Origin: Pseudobacteriovorax sp.
Lineage (GTDB): Bacteria; Bdellovibrionota_B; Oligoflexia; Oligoflexales; Oligoflexaceae
Length of the DNA stretch: 64,000 nt
Assembly (NCBI GenBank): GCA_050293845.1
Contig: JBNKNM010000001.1
Span: 32,001-96,000 of the forward strand
Direction: 5' to 3'
Made by a program: the position numbers and the translations under genes. Of this stretch, positions 9,910 to 19,358 are shown piece after piece (positions within the stretch are counted from its first letter, which is position 1; each line of letters begins with the position of its first letter). Below the pieces are notes generated by a model. It ran no database searches. It worked only from the letters and a program-made list of their open reading frames with translations, and had not been told where the DNA came from.

Positions 9910-11244
9910 CTATAGTAATTTTGCTGCTTTAGAGGCTAGCTCACTTCTTTCTCCCCGCTTTAAGGTAATATGGCCGGCGATAGGCTCATTCTTAAAGCGC
10001 TCAATGACGTAAGTCAAACCGTTGCTCTGGGAGTCAATATAAGGATTATCAATCTGGTAGGGGTCGCCTGTCAGAACTACCTTGGTTCCTTCCCCAGCCC
10101 TTGTCAAAATCGTTTTGATTTCATGGGGAGTCAAATTCTGCGATTCATCAACCACAAAATATTGGGCTGGCAGCGACCGGCCTCTGATATATGTTAAAGG
10201 TTCTATAGCAAGCATGCCTTGATTTATCAGCTCTTCGTAGCTCTTGCTGAGGCGTTTACTACGAGGGGACCCGCTCCCCCCTCCCAATAGGAGTTCTAGA
10301 TTATCGAAAATGGGCTGCATCCATGGATTGAGTTTTTCATCCAGATCTCCCGGTAAGTAGCCAATATCACGACCCAAAGGAAAAATAGGGCGGGACACCA
10401 GTAATTTTTGATATTGATCTTCATCTGTGGTCTTAGTAAGTCCCGCGGCAATCGCCATCAACGTCTTTCCAGTACCGGCTTCCCCACTGATAGTCACCAA
10501 ACGGATTTTGTCATCCAGTAGTACCTCCAAAGCCATGGCCTGCTCCAAGTTACGCGAGTAGATACCCCACACCCCATCTGTGCGAGGCTCTATCATGCGA
10601 ACCACCTTTTCGATACCATCATAGATGCCATACACCGATTGGTTGGGGTCCGACTCCTCCTCAAGCACTATAAATTGATTTGGTAGCAAATTTTCTTCGG
10701 GAAGACGAATCTCACGCTGAGCATAAAAGTCATTGACCACTTTTGGTTCGACTTTGATATTAACTACTCCCGTATAAAGATGCGATATATCAACTTTATC
10801 GGCTTCAAAATCTTCCGCAGCTAAGCCAAAGGCATCAGCTTTAATTCTTAGATTACTATCCTTAGTGATGATGGACACCCGTCGGGTATCACCAAACTGC
10901 TTTTGCAAGGTCAAAGCAATGGCCAGAATATGATTATCGGTACTATTCACCAATAACTCTGGTAAAACATCCATATTGTGGCCTAAATATACGAATAGCT
11001 GTCCTGAATCCTTGCGATCATCGAAAATAGGAATTCCGGAAGATAATGTTCCTTTAACGCGTAACTTATCAAGTATCCGTGATACTTCCCGTGCATTGCG
11101 TCCAATATCACTCATATCTTTCTTGAACGTGTCGATCTCCTCAATTACAGAAATAGGAATGACAACATCGTTATCGTCAAACTTAAAGACACTAAGGGGA
11201 TTGCTTAACAACACATTGGTATCCAGAATGAAGACTTTCTTCAT
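9910..11244 (-). CDS. PIN domain-PhoH ATPase fusion (PhoH2/YlaK-like)
   Basis: N-terminal PIN motif ILDTNVLL...EEID...DNHIL...KD. GEAGTGKT, GYLPG, IRGRS, DESQN, GDPYQID. Confidence 0.92.
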   Translation of the reverse strand: MKKVFILDTNVLLSNPLSVFKFDDNDVVIPISVIEEIDTFKKDMSDIGRNAREVSRILDKLRVKGTLSSGIPIFDDRKDSGQLFVYLGHNMDVLPELLVNSTDNHILAIALTLQKQFGDTRRVSIITKDSNLRIKADAFGLAAEDFEADKVDISHLYTGVVNIKVEPKVVNDFYAQREIRLPEENLLPNQFIVLEEESDPNQSVYGIYDGIEKVVRMIEPRTDGVWGIYSRNLEQAMALEVLLDDKIRLVTISGEAGTGKTLMAIAAGLTKTTDEDQYQKLLVSRPIFPLGRDIGYLPGDLDEKLNPWMQPIFDNLELLLGGGSGSPRSKRLSKSYEELINQGMLAIEPLTYIRGRSLPAQYFVVDESQNLTPHEIKTILTRAGEGTKVVLTGDPYQIDNPYIDSQSNGLTYVIERFKNEPIAGHITLKRGERSELASKAAKLL

Positions 11245-11465
11245 ACTCCTACGTACCCCACATCAAATAAAATTTTTGAGATTATTTGTTATTTCTAACA
11301 CATCTTATTGATTTCCAAAAGCAATGAATAAGATCAGGTTAAAAATGACCCATTTCGAGAAAATAATCTATTTATTATTATATTTTGCAAAGACTGGTAA
11401 TATATCTGAAGATCATTTCTCCGGCATCAGATTGATATCAGTCCTATGGAAGAGGGAGTAGCAAG

Positions 11466-13715
11466 ATGACCGAAGCCAATCATTTACTTCATAATCTCAA
11501 TGTAGAAGCTCGTAGCCTATTCCAGGAGCGACAAGCGATTCTCAGTTTTGTAGATTACCTAAAACTCTTGGAAGAACAGCCGACACGTCTCATTCGTAAT
11601 GCAAATCAGTATCTTTTTGACGTTTTCAATCACTATGGATTATCGGAACAATGGTCAGAAAATGGTCACCCTAGGTGGAAAATTTTCGATATTGGGACGG
11701 AAAGAAACATCCCTATTATCGGTGCAGAATCAGTACAAGAAGAAATTTTCAATATACTGTCCTCATTTATTCGCCAAGGCTACTCTAATAAACTCATCGT
11801 CCTGCATGGCCCCAATGGCTCTGCTAAATCCTCTATCATAGAATCACTCTCCAACGCGATGCGATACTATAGTGAAACCGAGGAGGGAGTAGTCTACAGG
11901 TTTAACTGGATATTTCCAACTGATAAGTCCTTGACTTCAAAAAGTATGGGAATTTCGGGGCCCATTGGTTTTTCACCTGAAAAAGACGATATTGGTGGAG
12001 ATTCGTTTGCCTACCTTGACGAGTCACGCATCGCCTCAAAAATTCACTCTGAATTTAGAGAAAATCCTATCTTTCTGATTCCCATGCCTCAACGGGAGCA
12101 ATGGCTAAGAAAATGGTTAGCTAAGGAAAAAAATACTAGCCCTGATAATACTGATTTGCCACCACATGTAAAACTCCCGGGTTTATCAAAACGCAACCAA
12201 CTGATCTATGAAAACCTTCTTTCCGCTTATGAGGGTGACCTATCAATGGTTCTGCGCCATGTCCAAGTGGAACGTTTTTACTATAGTCGTCAATACCGTG
12301 TGGGAGTGGGAACAGTAGAGCCCCAGATGTCTATCGATGCTTTTGAAAAGCAGCTCACTATGGACCGTAACATTGCCAATTTACCCCCTGTACTCCATAA
12401 TATTAGTTTTCACGAGGTTGGGGGACCTGTCATTGAAGCAAATAGAGGTATTCTAGAATTTTCAGACATGTTAAAAAGACCTATAGAAGCTTTCAAGTAT
12501 CTTCTTTCGGCAGTTGAAAAAAGCACCTTAAATTTACCATCATCTACAGCTAATCTTGATATTGTCTTCTTTGCTACCACTAACGAAAAGCACCTAGACG
12601 CTTTCAAAACCATACCTGACTTCGCGTCGTTCAAGTCACGATTCGAGCTAGTTACAGCTCCTTATCTTCTGCAAGCTAGCCAAGAAGTAGCTATTTATAA
12701 AAACGATATTGAAGCTATCCGCAAGGATAAACCAGTATGCCCTCACACCTTAAGGCTGCTTTGCCTCTGGGCTGTTATGACGAGACTTAAGCAACCAAAC
12801 CCTGAGAGCTATGAAGCCAAATATCGTTCCTTGATTTCCCGCATCGACCCCCGAACAAAAGTCAAGTTATATGAGCAGGAAACTTTAAGCGACCTATTTA
12901 AATCCCAAGAAGAAAAGATACTGCAAGAGCTTCGCAAGCAGATTCGCGAAGAGTTTGACAACATTATTTCCTACGAAGGAAGATTTGGCGCATCCCCTCG
13001 GGAGATCAGGACTATCCTATACCGTGCTGCCCAAAATCAGAAATTTAAAACTTTAACTCCCATGAGTATATTCTTCGAACTCGAGCGCTTGGTTAAGGAT
13101 CGGACAGTTTATGAGTTTTTACAGCTAGAGCCCCGGGGTAAATATCACCAGCCACAGGAGTTCATTTTATACATCAAGAAAGACTTCTGCGACACCTTCG
13201 AACGTGAACTTACCAGCTCTATGCGTCTTGTCGAGGATGAGGAATATGCTAACTTACTCAATCGCTATGTAGATCATGTTGTAGCCCATGTTAAAAACGA
13301 GAAAATATACAACAGAATCACCAATGCTTACGAGACACCATCTGAAAAAATCATGACTGAAATTGAAAAGATCATCAAGGTTACAACACCTGTCGAACGC
13401 CACCGAGAAGCTATTCTCGGGAAGATTGCCGCTTTCAAAATAGACAATCCCAGTAAGGACATCCGGGTTGTTGAAATCTTCTCTGATTATCTTAAAGCGC
13501 TTGAAGAGCATTATTTTAAAGAAAGACAAATCTCTGTGGATAGCAATTATAAGGTTATGCTAAGCCTCAATACCGATGCGGAAAAGAATTATAAGAAAGA
13601 GGAAGTTGATCTTGCCAAAATTACTTTCGAAAACCTAAAGCAGAAATTCGGTTACGATCAAATTTCTGCTGAGGAGTGCTTACGGTTTCTCTTGACTTTT
13701 CGTAGTAAATCCTAA
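11466..13715 (+). CDS. prkA: PrkA/YeaG-family AAA+ serine protein kinase-like protein
   Basis: LHGPNGSAKSS Walker A variant, ANRGILEFSDMLKRP, EGRFGASPRE. Confidence 0.85.
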   Translation: MTEANHLLHNLNVEARSLFQERQAILSFVDYLKLLEEQPTRLIRNANQYLFDVFNHYGLSEQWSENGHPRWKIFDIGTERNIPIIGAESVQEEIFNILSSFIRQGYSNKLIVLHGPNGSAKSSIIESLSNAMRYYSETEEGVVYRFNWIFPTDKSLTSKSMGISGPIGFSPEKDDIGGDSFAYLDESRIASKIHSEFRENPIFLIPMPQREQWLRKWLAKEKNTSPDNTDLPPHVKLPGLSKRNQLIYENLLSAYEGDLSMVLRHVQVERFYYSRQYRVGVGTVEPQMSIDAFEKQLTMDRNIANLPPVLHNISFHEVGGPVIEANRGILEFSDMLKRPIEAFKYLLSAVEKSTLNLPSSTANLDIVFFATTNEKHLDAFKTIPDFASFKSRFELVTAPYLLQASQEVAIYKNDIEAIRKDKPVCPHTLRLLCLWAVMTRLKQPNPESYEAKYRSLISRIDPRTKVKLYEQETLSDLFKSQEEKILQELRKQIREEFDNIISYEGRFGASPREIRTILYRAAQNQKFKTLTPMSIFFELERLVKDRTVYEFLQLEPRGKYHQPQEFILYIKKDFCDTFERELTSSMRLVEDEEYANLLNRYVDHVVAHVKNEKIYNRITNAYETPSEKIMTEIEKIIKVTTPVERHREAILGKIAAFKIDNPSKDIRVVEIFSDYLKALEEHYFKERQISVDSNYKVMLSLNTDAEKNYKKEEVDLAKITFENLKQKFGYDQISAEECLRFLLTFRSKS

Positions 13716-14953
13716 GAGCCTTTCTCTGGAATGATCACCTTTTGGGCAATCATTTCGGAGATAAACTTTTTTCCATCCAGATAATCATCACCAAAGACAT
13801 CAGTCAAAAATTTCCAGCCTATAGACTGCGACGATGCGAATTTTTTTAGCACATCGTGCTTGTTTTGATTGATAAATACGCGATCTTCAACCTTCCCTTT
13901 GGATAAAAAACAAATTACATAAGGGTAATCGGAAAACTTTTGAGCGACTTGATCATCCAATTCATTAGCCATAATTTTGACTTTCCGGCTGAGAATATAA
14001 TTTCTCACAGGTAATTTCCAAATCTTTTGATGGCTTTTTCTACAATCCTTCCATAGCTCTTGAGGAAGAATTGTGTCTCCCCCCTCTTCAAGATCTGCCG
14101 GATCTAACTGATCATTGAGGCTTTTGGGAACCATTTTTACCATAGCCCTATCGAACTTGCTTGCTTCTCGAATGTCTGACTGATTGGCAATGTCCCAAAG
14201 TTGATCCCGATAATTGCGGATTAACTCCCCGCATGCTTCAAAAAACTCTAGCTCGCGTCCAAACCAACTACCCCAAATATAGCTCCTGGCTTCTTCACTC
14301 CATCCCCCCGTCTCAGGGTCAGAGACTAATTTAATCTTTTTAGCCAGGGAGTTAACTCTTTTGATATATGACTTCACATCAAACTCCAACTGCTCCATGG
14401 CCCATTGTGCCAAGGACATTTCTATCTGGGAGCCGAGCGTTTGGACTTTGGTCCAAAAGTCATCGCCCTTGCTCCCATGATCCTTATGGCAGAAGAATGT
14501 AGAGCAAACCGAGTTTCTAAATGCGTGAACTTGGCAGTATCCATTATCTCGATCTAGCATGGGGCAAAGGACCGTTTCACTGCGGCCAAACCTGTCATGT
14601 TCAAGATCTTCCAGGTAATCAATCCATTGCTGCGGGGTGCTATTCATCCCTTCAGGGGTTGCATACCCCGCTGTGATAATACTAGTGACGCGGTGCGCAC
14701 CACTGCGCGTGTGAGTCGCTAACCCTAGAAGAAAATTGGGAATTCTAGGAAAGTAGGTGCAACATCGGTAGTCAGGTCTGTAGCCGGAAAAAATAGCTTT
14801 TGGACAGTCCATACACGTTGCACGCCGCTCTTCGGGAAAACTCAACTGGAGAAACTCTTGGGGCATCATATAGCGCCAGACACCTGGAAAAACATGATGC
14901 TGAATTTTTAAAGGATGAAAAATAGGATCGTTTACAGAATGTTTATTAGTCAT
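13712..14953 (-). CDS. Cys-rich metal-cluster protein (CxxC...CC / YkgJ-FliB-like) with winged-helix-like C-terminus
   Basis: TCMDC, RCCTYFP, LCPML, YCQVHAFRNSVCSTFFC. Confidence 0.6.
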   Translation of the reverse strand: MTNKHSVNDPIFHPLKIQHHVFPGVWRYMMPQEFLQLSFPEERRATCMDCPKAIFSGYRPDYRCCTYFPRIPNFLLGLATHTRSGAHRVTSIITAGYATPEGMNSTPQQWIDYLEDLEHDRFGRSETVLCPMLDRDNGYCQVHAFRNSVCSTFFCHKDHGSKGDDFWTKVQTLGSQIEMSLAQWAMEQLEFDVKSYIKRVNSLAKKIKLVSDPETGGWSEEARSYIWGSWFGRELEFFEACGELIRNYRDQLWDIANQSDIREASKFDRAMVKMVPKSLNDQLDPADLEEGGDTILPQELWKDCRKSHQKIWKLPVRNYILSRKVKIMANELDDQVAQKFSDYPYVICFLSKGKVEDRVFINQNKHDVLKKFASSQSIGWKFLTDVFGDDYLDGKKFISEMIAQKVIIPEKGS

Positions 14954-15040
14954 TGATACTCTTTACCAGAATTAATAGAAGTACTATCATTACAAAGTAA
15001 CTATATGGTTTATACAGTTTCTGCAAGTACATGGGGGACT

Positions 15041-15301
15041 ATGACTGACGACCTTACCAAAGCACTGCGTAAAATTTCCAGTGACTTACCTCCGCCCAGG
15101 CTTAATTTATCACAGCAAGAACTACAGCTACTAAAGAAAAAACTGGGGCCACGTACTATTACCAGTATCCTTAAAGCCAAAAAACAGCTCCCTGAAAGGC
15201 GTATACCGTTTTTATTTAACAGCCTAGATTCCCAGGATGTTTTGGATGTTTTAAATAATTGTTGGGATGGCATATTAAATGCGGACAATGAAAAAGATTG
15301 A
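15041..15301 (+). CDS. Hypothetical protein
   Basis: ORF with GGGG RBS-like before ATG 15041 (alternative start 15005). No recognisable motif. Confidence 0.5.
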   Translation: MTDDLTKALRKISSDLPPPRLNLSQQELQLLKKKLGPRTITSILKAKKQLPERRIPFLFNSLDSQDVLDVLNNCWDGILNADNEKD

Positions 15302-15484
15302 TTTTCTTTGATTATAACTGCAAGCTAATATTTCTTAACTATACAAGAGCCCTAGGCCTGCTGTTATAAATTTCTAAAATATTCACAGTAAAGCTTGCGG
15401 AGTACACCTCCTTACGGCTATATTTTGTAAGAATTTTTTGGCTAGGAGAACAACGAACTTTAACTTCGTAGGAGATTCAATTTT

Positions 15485-15976
15485 TTGAAGGTATTAGAAA
15501 GATCCGATCTTAGGTCCATGAAAGAGGTTCGGCTCGTAGGAGAAGGACAAAATGAAATCGTATCAGCCATGGATGCATGGTTTAAGGCCGATGACCAAGG
15601 GCTAGACCTTGTGCTAGTCAGTTCAGAGGATGCTATTCCGCCGGTTGTTAGGATCCAAGATTTCAAAAAGCTCCAGTACGAAAAGAAAAAGAAGCAAAAG
15701 CAAAACCGCCACAAAACTGAACTCAAAGAAATCCAGCTAAAAGCTAATATTTCTGATCATGATCTCCAAACTAAAGTCAATAATATTGATCGGTTCCTTG
15801 AGCGCGGTGACAAAGTTAAGATCATAGTTCGCTTAAAGGGTCGTGAACGTGATAACCCTCAAAGAGCCCATGCCTTGATAGACAAGGTCATGGAGTCCGT
15901 AACAGTAGCCCATAAGTTTAGCAAGCTTCCTGGCCCTATTGCCACGGCAATTTTAGAGCCAGCTACAAACAAATAG
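15485..15976 (+). CDS. infC: Translation initiation factor IF-3
   Basis: EVRLVG, GLDLVLVS...PPVVRIQDF, LKEIQL, ISDHDLQTK, FLERGDKVK, KGRE. Non-ATG (TTG) start after AGGAG. Confidence 0.92.
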   Translation: MKVLERSDLRSMKEVRLVGEGQNEIVSAMDAWFKADDQGLDLVLVSSEDAIPPVVRIQDFKKLQYEKKKKQKQNRHKTELKEIQLKANISDHDLQTKVNNIDRFLERGDKVKIIVRLKGRERDNPQRAHALIDKVMESVTVAHKFSKLPGPIATAILEPATNK

Positions 15977-15993
15977 CAACCCCCCAGCACCGT

Positions 15994-16021
15994 AAGAAAG
16001 AGCATAAGCTCTTTCTTTTTC
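15994..16021 (+). terminator. Rho-independent terminator after infC
   Basis: AAGAAAGAGC-ATAA-GCTCTTTCTT followed by T-tract. Confidence 0.8.
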
Positions 16022-16107
16022 AATTTAAAAACTTAGTTAGGTTTAAGTTCTTGGCAAAGGTCTCATTTTCTTTTTGATAAGTAATTTCTCTTAACTCTTT
16101 TCACTAG

Positions 16108-16136
16108 TTCCCATAAATCCTCAAAAATCCTATAAT
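16108..16136 (+). promoter_or_regulatory. sigma70-type promoter
   Basis: TTCCCA-N17-TATAAT, ~80 nt upstream of the 16216 ORF. Confidence 0.5.
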
Positions 16137-16215
16137 AAGTCCTATTCTTTTCTACATACAAAGTTTTCATAAAGTATCTTCAAAGCGTCCCATGGACTAA
16201 ACAAGGAGGCTCACC

Positions 16216-16614
16216 ATGGAAACAGCGGAAAGCCATGCAATAAACGCAATTTGGAAGACCGATCTGAAATCACCCGAGGAAAAGCTAATCCTTTATCAGC
16301 TGGCTTCGAAGCATGAGCTGGGAGAACGCTATTCCTCTTCATGGAAGCACATCGATCAATTCTTAAAAGATTTTAAAACAAGATGGTGCCCCTTGAAGGA
16401 GTTAAAAGATAGCACACAGTTAAGTGATGTTAAGCTAAAGAGAACACTAGCAGAATTACTCAACAGAAAGTACATAGAGTCCAATGAAATTCCTGTTAAA
16501 CTGAAAAGGAATCGAGAAAACTCTGCGGAGACGCAATCAATTTATGCCATTACACCTAAGATTTTTGAGGAGTTTGCTACTGTCGTGGAAGAGCAGCAAG
16601 TATCGAACTCTTAA
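16216..16614 (+). CDS. Winged-helix DNA-binding protein (phage replication initiator / HTH_36-like)
   Basis: AGGAGG RBS. Pattern W-x-x-DLKSPEEKLILYQLA ... CPLKELKDSTQLSDVKLKRTLAEL...YIE ... QSIYAI. Confidence 0.6.
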   Translation: METAESHAINAIWKTDLKSPEEKLILYQLASKHELGERYSSSWKHIDQFLKDFKTRWCPLKELKDSTQLSDVKLKRTLAELLNRKYIESNEIPVKLKRNRENSAETQSIYAITPKIFEEFATVVEEQQVSNS

Positions 16615-17188
16615 CAAAATTCCCTTAGCTATATTGCTGATCATATTGTGTTTTAATGGTGCTCCCGCTCAGGGAGCTCACCATTTTATTTCCACAATGA
16701 TTGGGGGAGGTTATACTTTTGCTCAGAGTAAGCAAGGGCCATTAGCCACCCTACATAATGCGGCTAGTTTACGTATAGGCATCGATCCGCAAATGAAAAT
16801 CCCATTTTTCTGGGGTTTTGATCTAGAGACATTTCGCATACAAAAATCTAATAACCAACGCTTATATGACCACCATCATGGCTTTGGCGCTCAGTTTATT
16901 CTAGGTATCACAGTTCCTGAATATAGTTTTTGGCTGGGCGGCGGATGGGGGCGTATCCTAGTGAACAACAACTATAATGACATGCCATCACAGGAATCGA
17001 GCCGTTACCAAATGCATGGGGCTTCTATTGGAGGAAGTTTAGCCATATATCAGCAAAAATACGCCCGTGTCGATTTATTCTCACAACTCAAGCTAGTAAC
17101 TACTGACAAAACATGGCGCCAAAGATATCAATACAAACATCTCCGATTTTTCTCTATCCTAATGGCTATTACAATTATTGATATTTAA
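16544..17188 (+). CDS. Putative outer-membrane beta-barrel protein (start uncertain)
   Basis: Signal-peptide-like KIPLAILLIILCFNGAPAQG, then Gly/aromatic-rich amphipathic strands. Confidence 0.5.
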   Translation: MPLHLRFLRSLLLSWKSSKYRTLNKIPLAILLIILCFNGAPAQGAHHFISTMIGGGYTFAQSKQGPLATLHNAASLRIGIDPQMKIPFFWGFDLETFRIQKSNNQRLYDHHHGFGAQFILGITVPEYSFWLGGGWGRILVNNNYNDMPSQESSRYQMHGASIGGSLAIYQQKYARVDLFSQLKLVTTDKTWRQRYQYKHLRFFSILMAITIIDI

Positions 17189-17207
17189 ATAAAACGAGAA
17201 TGTCACT

Positions 17208-18158
17208 ATGTCAGATATAAATCCAACAAAAATTATTGTCGGCAGCTCAAACCCCACCCTAGGCTTGTCGATTTGCGAGCACCTAGGAGCCGAGCCCTGT
17301 AAAAGCGAAGTCATTCAATTTAGTGAAGGAAATACTTTCGTACGCATCTTAGAAAATGTCCGTGGCCGGGATGTCTATATTATTCAGGGAGTTTCTTATC
17401 CTGTTAATCAAAATTTCATGGAGTTATTGTTTTGGATCGACGCAGCTAAGCTTGCTTCAGCAGCTAAAGTGACTGCGGTGATACCTTTTTTTAGTTATGC
17501 TAAAGCAGACAAGAAAGACGAACCGCGGGTTTCTATCCGAGCCCGTGTTTGCGCTGATGCCCTGGAAGCTGCTGGGGTTGATCGTGTCCTAACAATGGAC
17601 CTCCACTCGCCGCAAATTCAAGGGTTTTTCAAACGGCCTGTAGATCACATGCACGCTAAATTTCGTATTTGTGACTATATTCGCAAAAAAGGGCTCTCTG
17701 ATCTTGTTGTCGCTTCTGCCGACGTAGGCTACGGAAAAAACGCCTTCAAATACGGTGATATACTGAGAGTCCCTACTGTTATTGGCAATAAAATGAGAGT
17801 TGACCACAGCGAGTCCGCTCAGGTTTGGAGCGTTGTTGGCGATGTAAAAGATAAAAACGTACTAATCGTTGACGATATAGTATTTACGGGTGGTTCTCTT
17901 ATTGCTATGACAGAACAGGTCAAAAAATTAGGTGCAAAATCAGTCATTGCAGCAGTAACCCATGGTGTATTAACCCCAGGCGCGACTGCAAAAATCGATG
18001 CCAGTGCTATAGACGAACTAGTGATCACAGATACTGTTGAATATCGTTTTGATATACTTAGTAAAAAGGTCACATCCATTTCCGTCGCTGCTGAATTTGC
18101 TAAGGCAATCAAGTCTATCCATTCATATAAATCTGTAAGTCAACTGTTTCCTGGATAA
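17208..18158 (+). CDS. prs: Ribose-phosphate pyrophosphokinase
   Basis: FSEGNTFVRILENVRG, PFFSYAKADKK, DLHSPQIQGFF, IVDDIVFTGGS, VTHG. Confidence 0.95.
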   Translation: MSDINPTKIIVGSSNPTLGLSICEHLGAEPCKSEVIQFSEGNTFVRILENVRGRDVYIIQGVSYPVNQNFMELLFWIDAAKLASAAKVTAVIPFFSYAKADKKDEPRVSIRARVCADALEAAGVDRVLTMDLHSPQIQGFFKRPVDHMHAKFRICDYIRKKGLSDLVVASADVGYGKNAFKYGDILRVPTVIGNKMRVDHSESAQVWSVVGDVKDKNVLIVDDIVFTGGSLIAMTEQVKKLGAKSVIAAVTHGVLTPGATAKIDASAIDELVITDTVEYRFDILSKKVTSISVAAEFAKAIKSIHSYKSVSQLFPG

Positions 18159-18177
18159 TAATAGGCGGTGGATTCTG

Positions 18178-18205
18178 AAAAGTTCGTGTAAAAACTAGCC
18201 GATAA
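18178..18205 (+). promoter_or_regulatory. Possible sigma28 (FliA)-like promoter upstream of the FAS-II cluster
   Basis: AAAAGTTC-N12-GCCGATAA: perfect -10 box, -35 close to TAAAGTTT, spacer 1 nt long. Confidence 0.35.
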
Positions 18206-18422
18206 TTTTTCAATGACAGCAAAGTACAGGGATTCAGACATTTTTTTTACATTTCTCGAGCATGCTTTACATCAGAGCTGCTCTGTATTCCATAACCATA
18301 TCCCACCTGCTTTCAATGTAAAATAAAATTCACTGCCATAAATGCTCTAGACAAGCTTAGCCGCACAAGTGTATTCCAAATAAAAGGACTTGCCAATTTT
18401 ATTAATACCAGTGAGGACGCAA

Positions 18423-19355
18423 GTGAAAAATACCAAACAACAGTGGTCACTCATATTAGGTGGATCCAGTGGCATGGGACTTGCTGCTGCTAAAAAGCTT
18501 GCCCAACATGGTCATGCTCTGATTATAGTCCATAGAGATCGCAAGAGTGCTATGAAAACAATTGAACCAGAGTTTAAAAAAATAAGAGAAACCGCAGCTG
18601 CTCTTATCACCATCAACAAAAATGCCCTTGATGATGACTGCCGTCAGGGCATCCTTAGTGAGATCGCAGACAAAATACAAGACGGTCAAATTAATTTCCT
18701 ACTTCACTCCATAGCTCTGGGTAACTTGCGAAAAATCGCCCCTGATATACAGCAAAAACCCACACAGCACTTAGAAGTGCTGGCGACCAAACTAGGAATC
18801 TCAGCAAACGAGTTGACGACAGCCATTCAAGATCTTAGTACTTCCCATCCGGTATGGGATAACATGCTTGACAAGCCGCCCCTAGAGAGGGCCAGCGACA
18901 ATCTTTTAAATGCCGAGGATTTTTCCCAAACTATCGCCTACATGGGGTTTGATATTCTCCTTTGGGTCCAGGATATATTTCGCCGGGGGATGTTTGCCGC
19001 CGATTCTAGGGTTATAGGGCTCACTTCTGAAGGCAATACCAAGGCCTGGGATGGATATGCCGCCGTCGCTGCTGCAAAATCTACTTTAGAGTCTGTATCC
19101 CGCGCTATTGCCAAAGAGTTTGCCCCTCACGGTATCCGCAGCAATATAATTCAGGCTGGAATTACAGATACTCCTGCATTAAGATTGATACCGGGACACA
19201 GGAGTATGATTGCTAGTGCTGTGCAACGTAACCCGCTTTCACGCCTGACGACTCCTGAAGATGTTGCCAATGCCATTTACCTATTGTCCTTACCCGAAGC
19301 CCATTGGATAAACGGAGCGCTGCTACATGTGGATGGTGGCGAGCACATAGTATAG
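18423..19355 (+). CDS. Enoyl-ACP reductase (FabL/FabI-like SDR)
   Basis: GGSSGMG Rossmann motif, LTSEG, Y-x6-K (YAAVAAAK), TDTPAL, RLTTPEDVA, VDGGEH. GTG 18423 after GAGGA. Confidence 0.85.
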   Translation: MKNTKQQWSLILGGSSGMGLAAAKKLAQHGHALIIVHRDRKSAMKTIEPEFKKIRETAAALITINKNALDDDCRQGILSEIADKIQDGQINFLLHSIALGNLRKIAPDIQQKPTQHLEVLATKLGISANELTTAIQDLSTSHPVWDNMLDKPPLERASDNLLNAEDFSQTIAYMGFDILLWVQDIFRRGMFAADSRVIGLTSEGNTKAWDGYAAVAAAKSTLESVSRAIAKEFAPHGIRSNIIQAGITDTPALRLIPGHRSMIASAVQRNPLSRLTTPEDVANAIYLLSLPEAHWINGALLHVDGGEHIV

Positions 19356-19358
19356 AGG

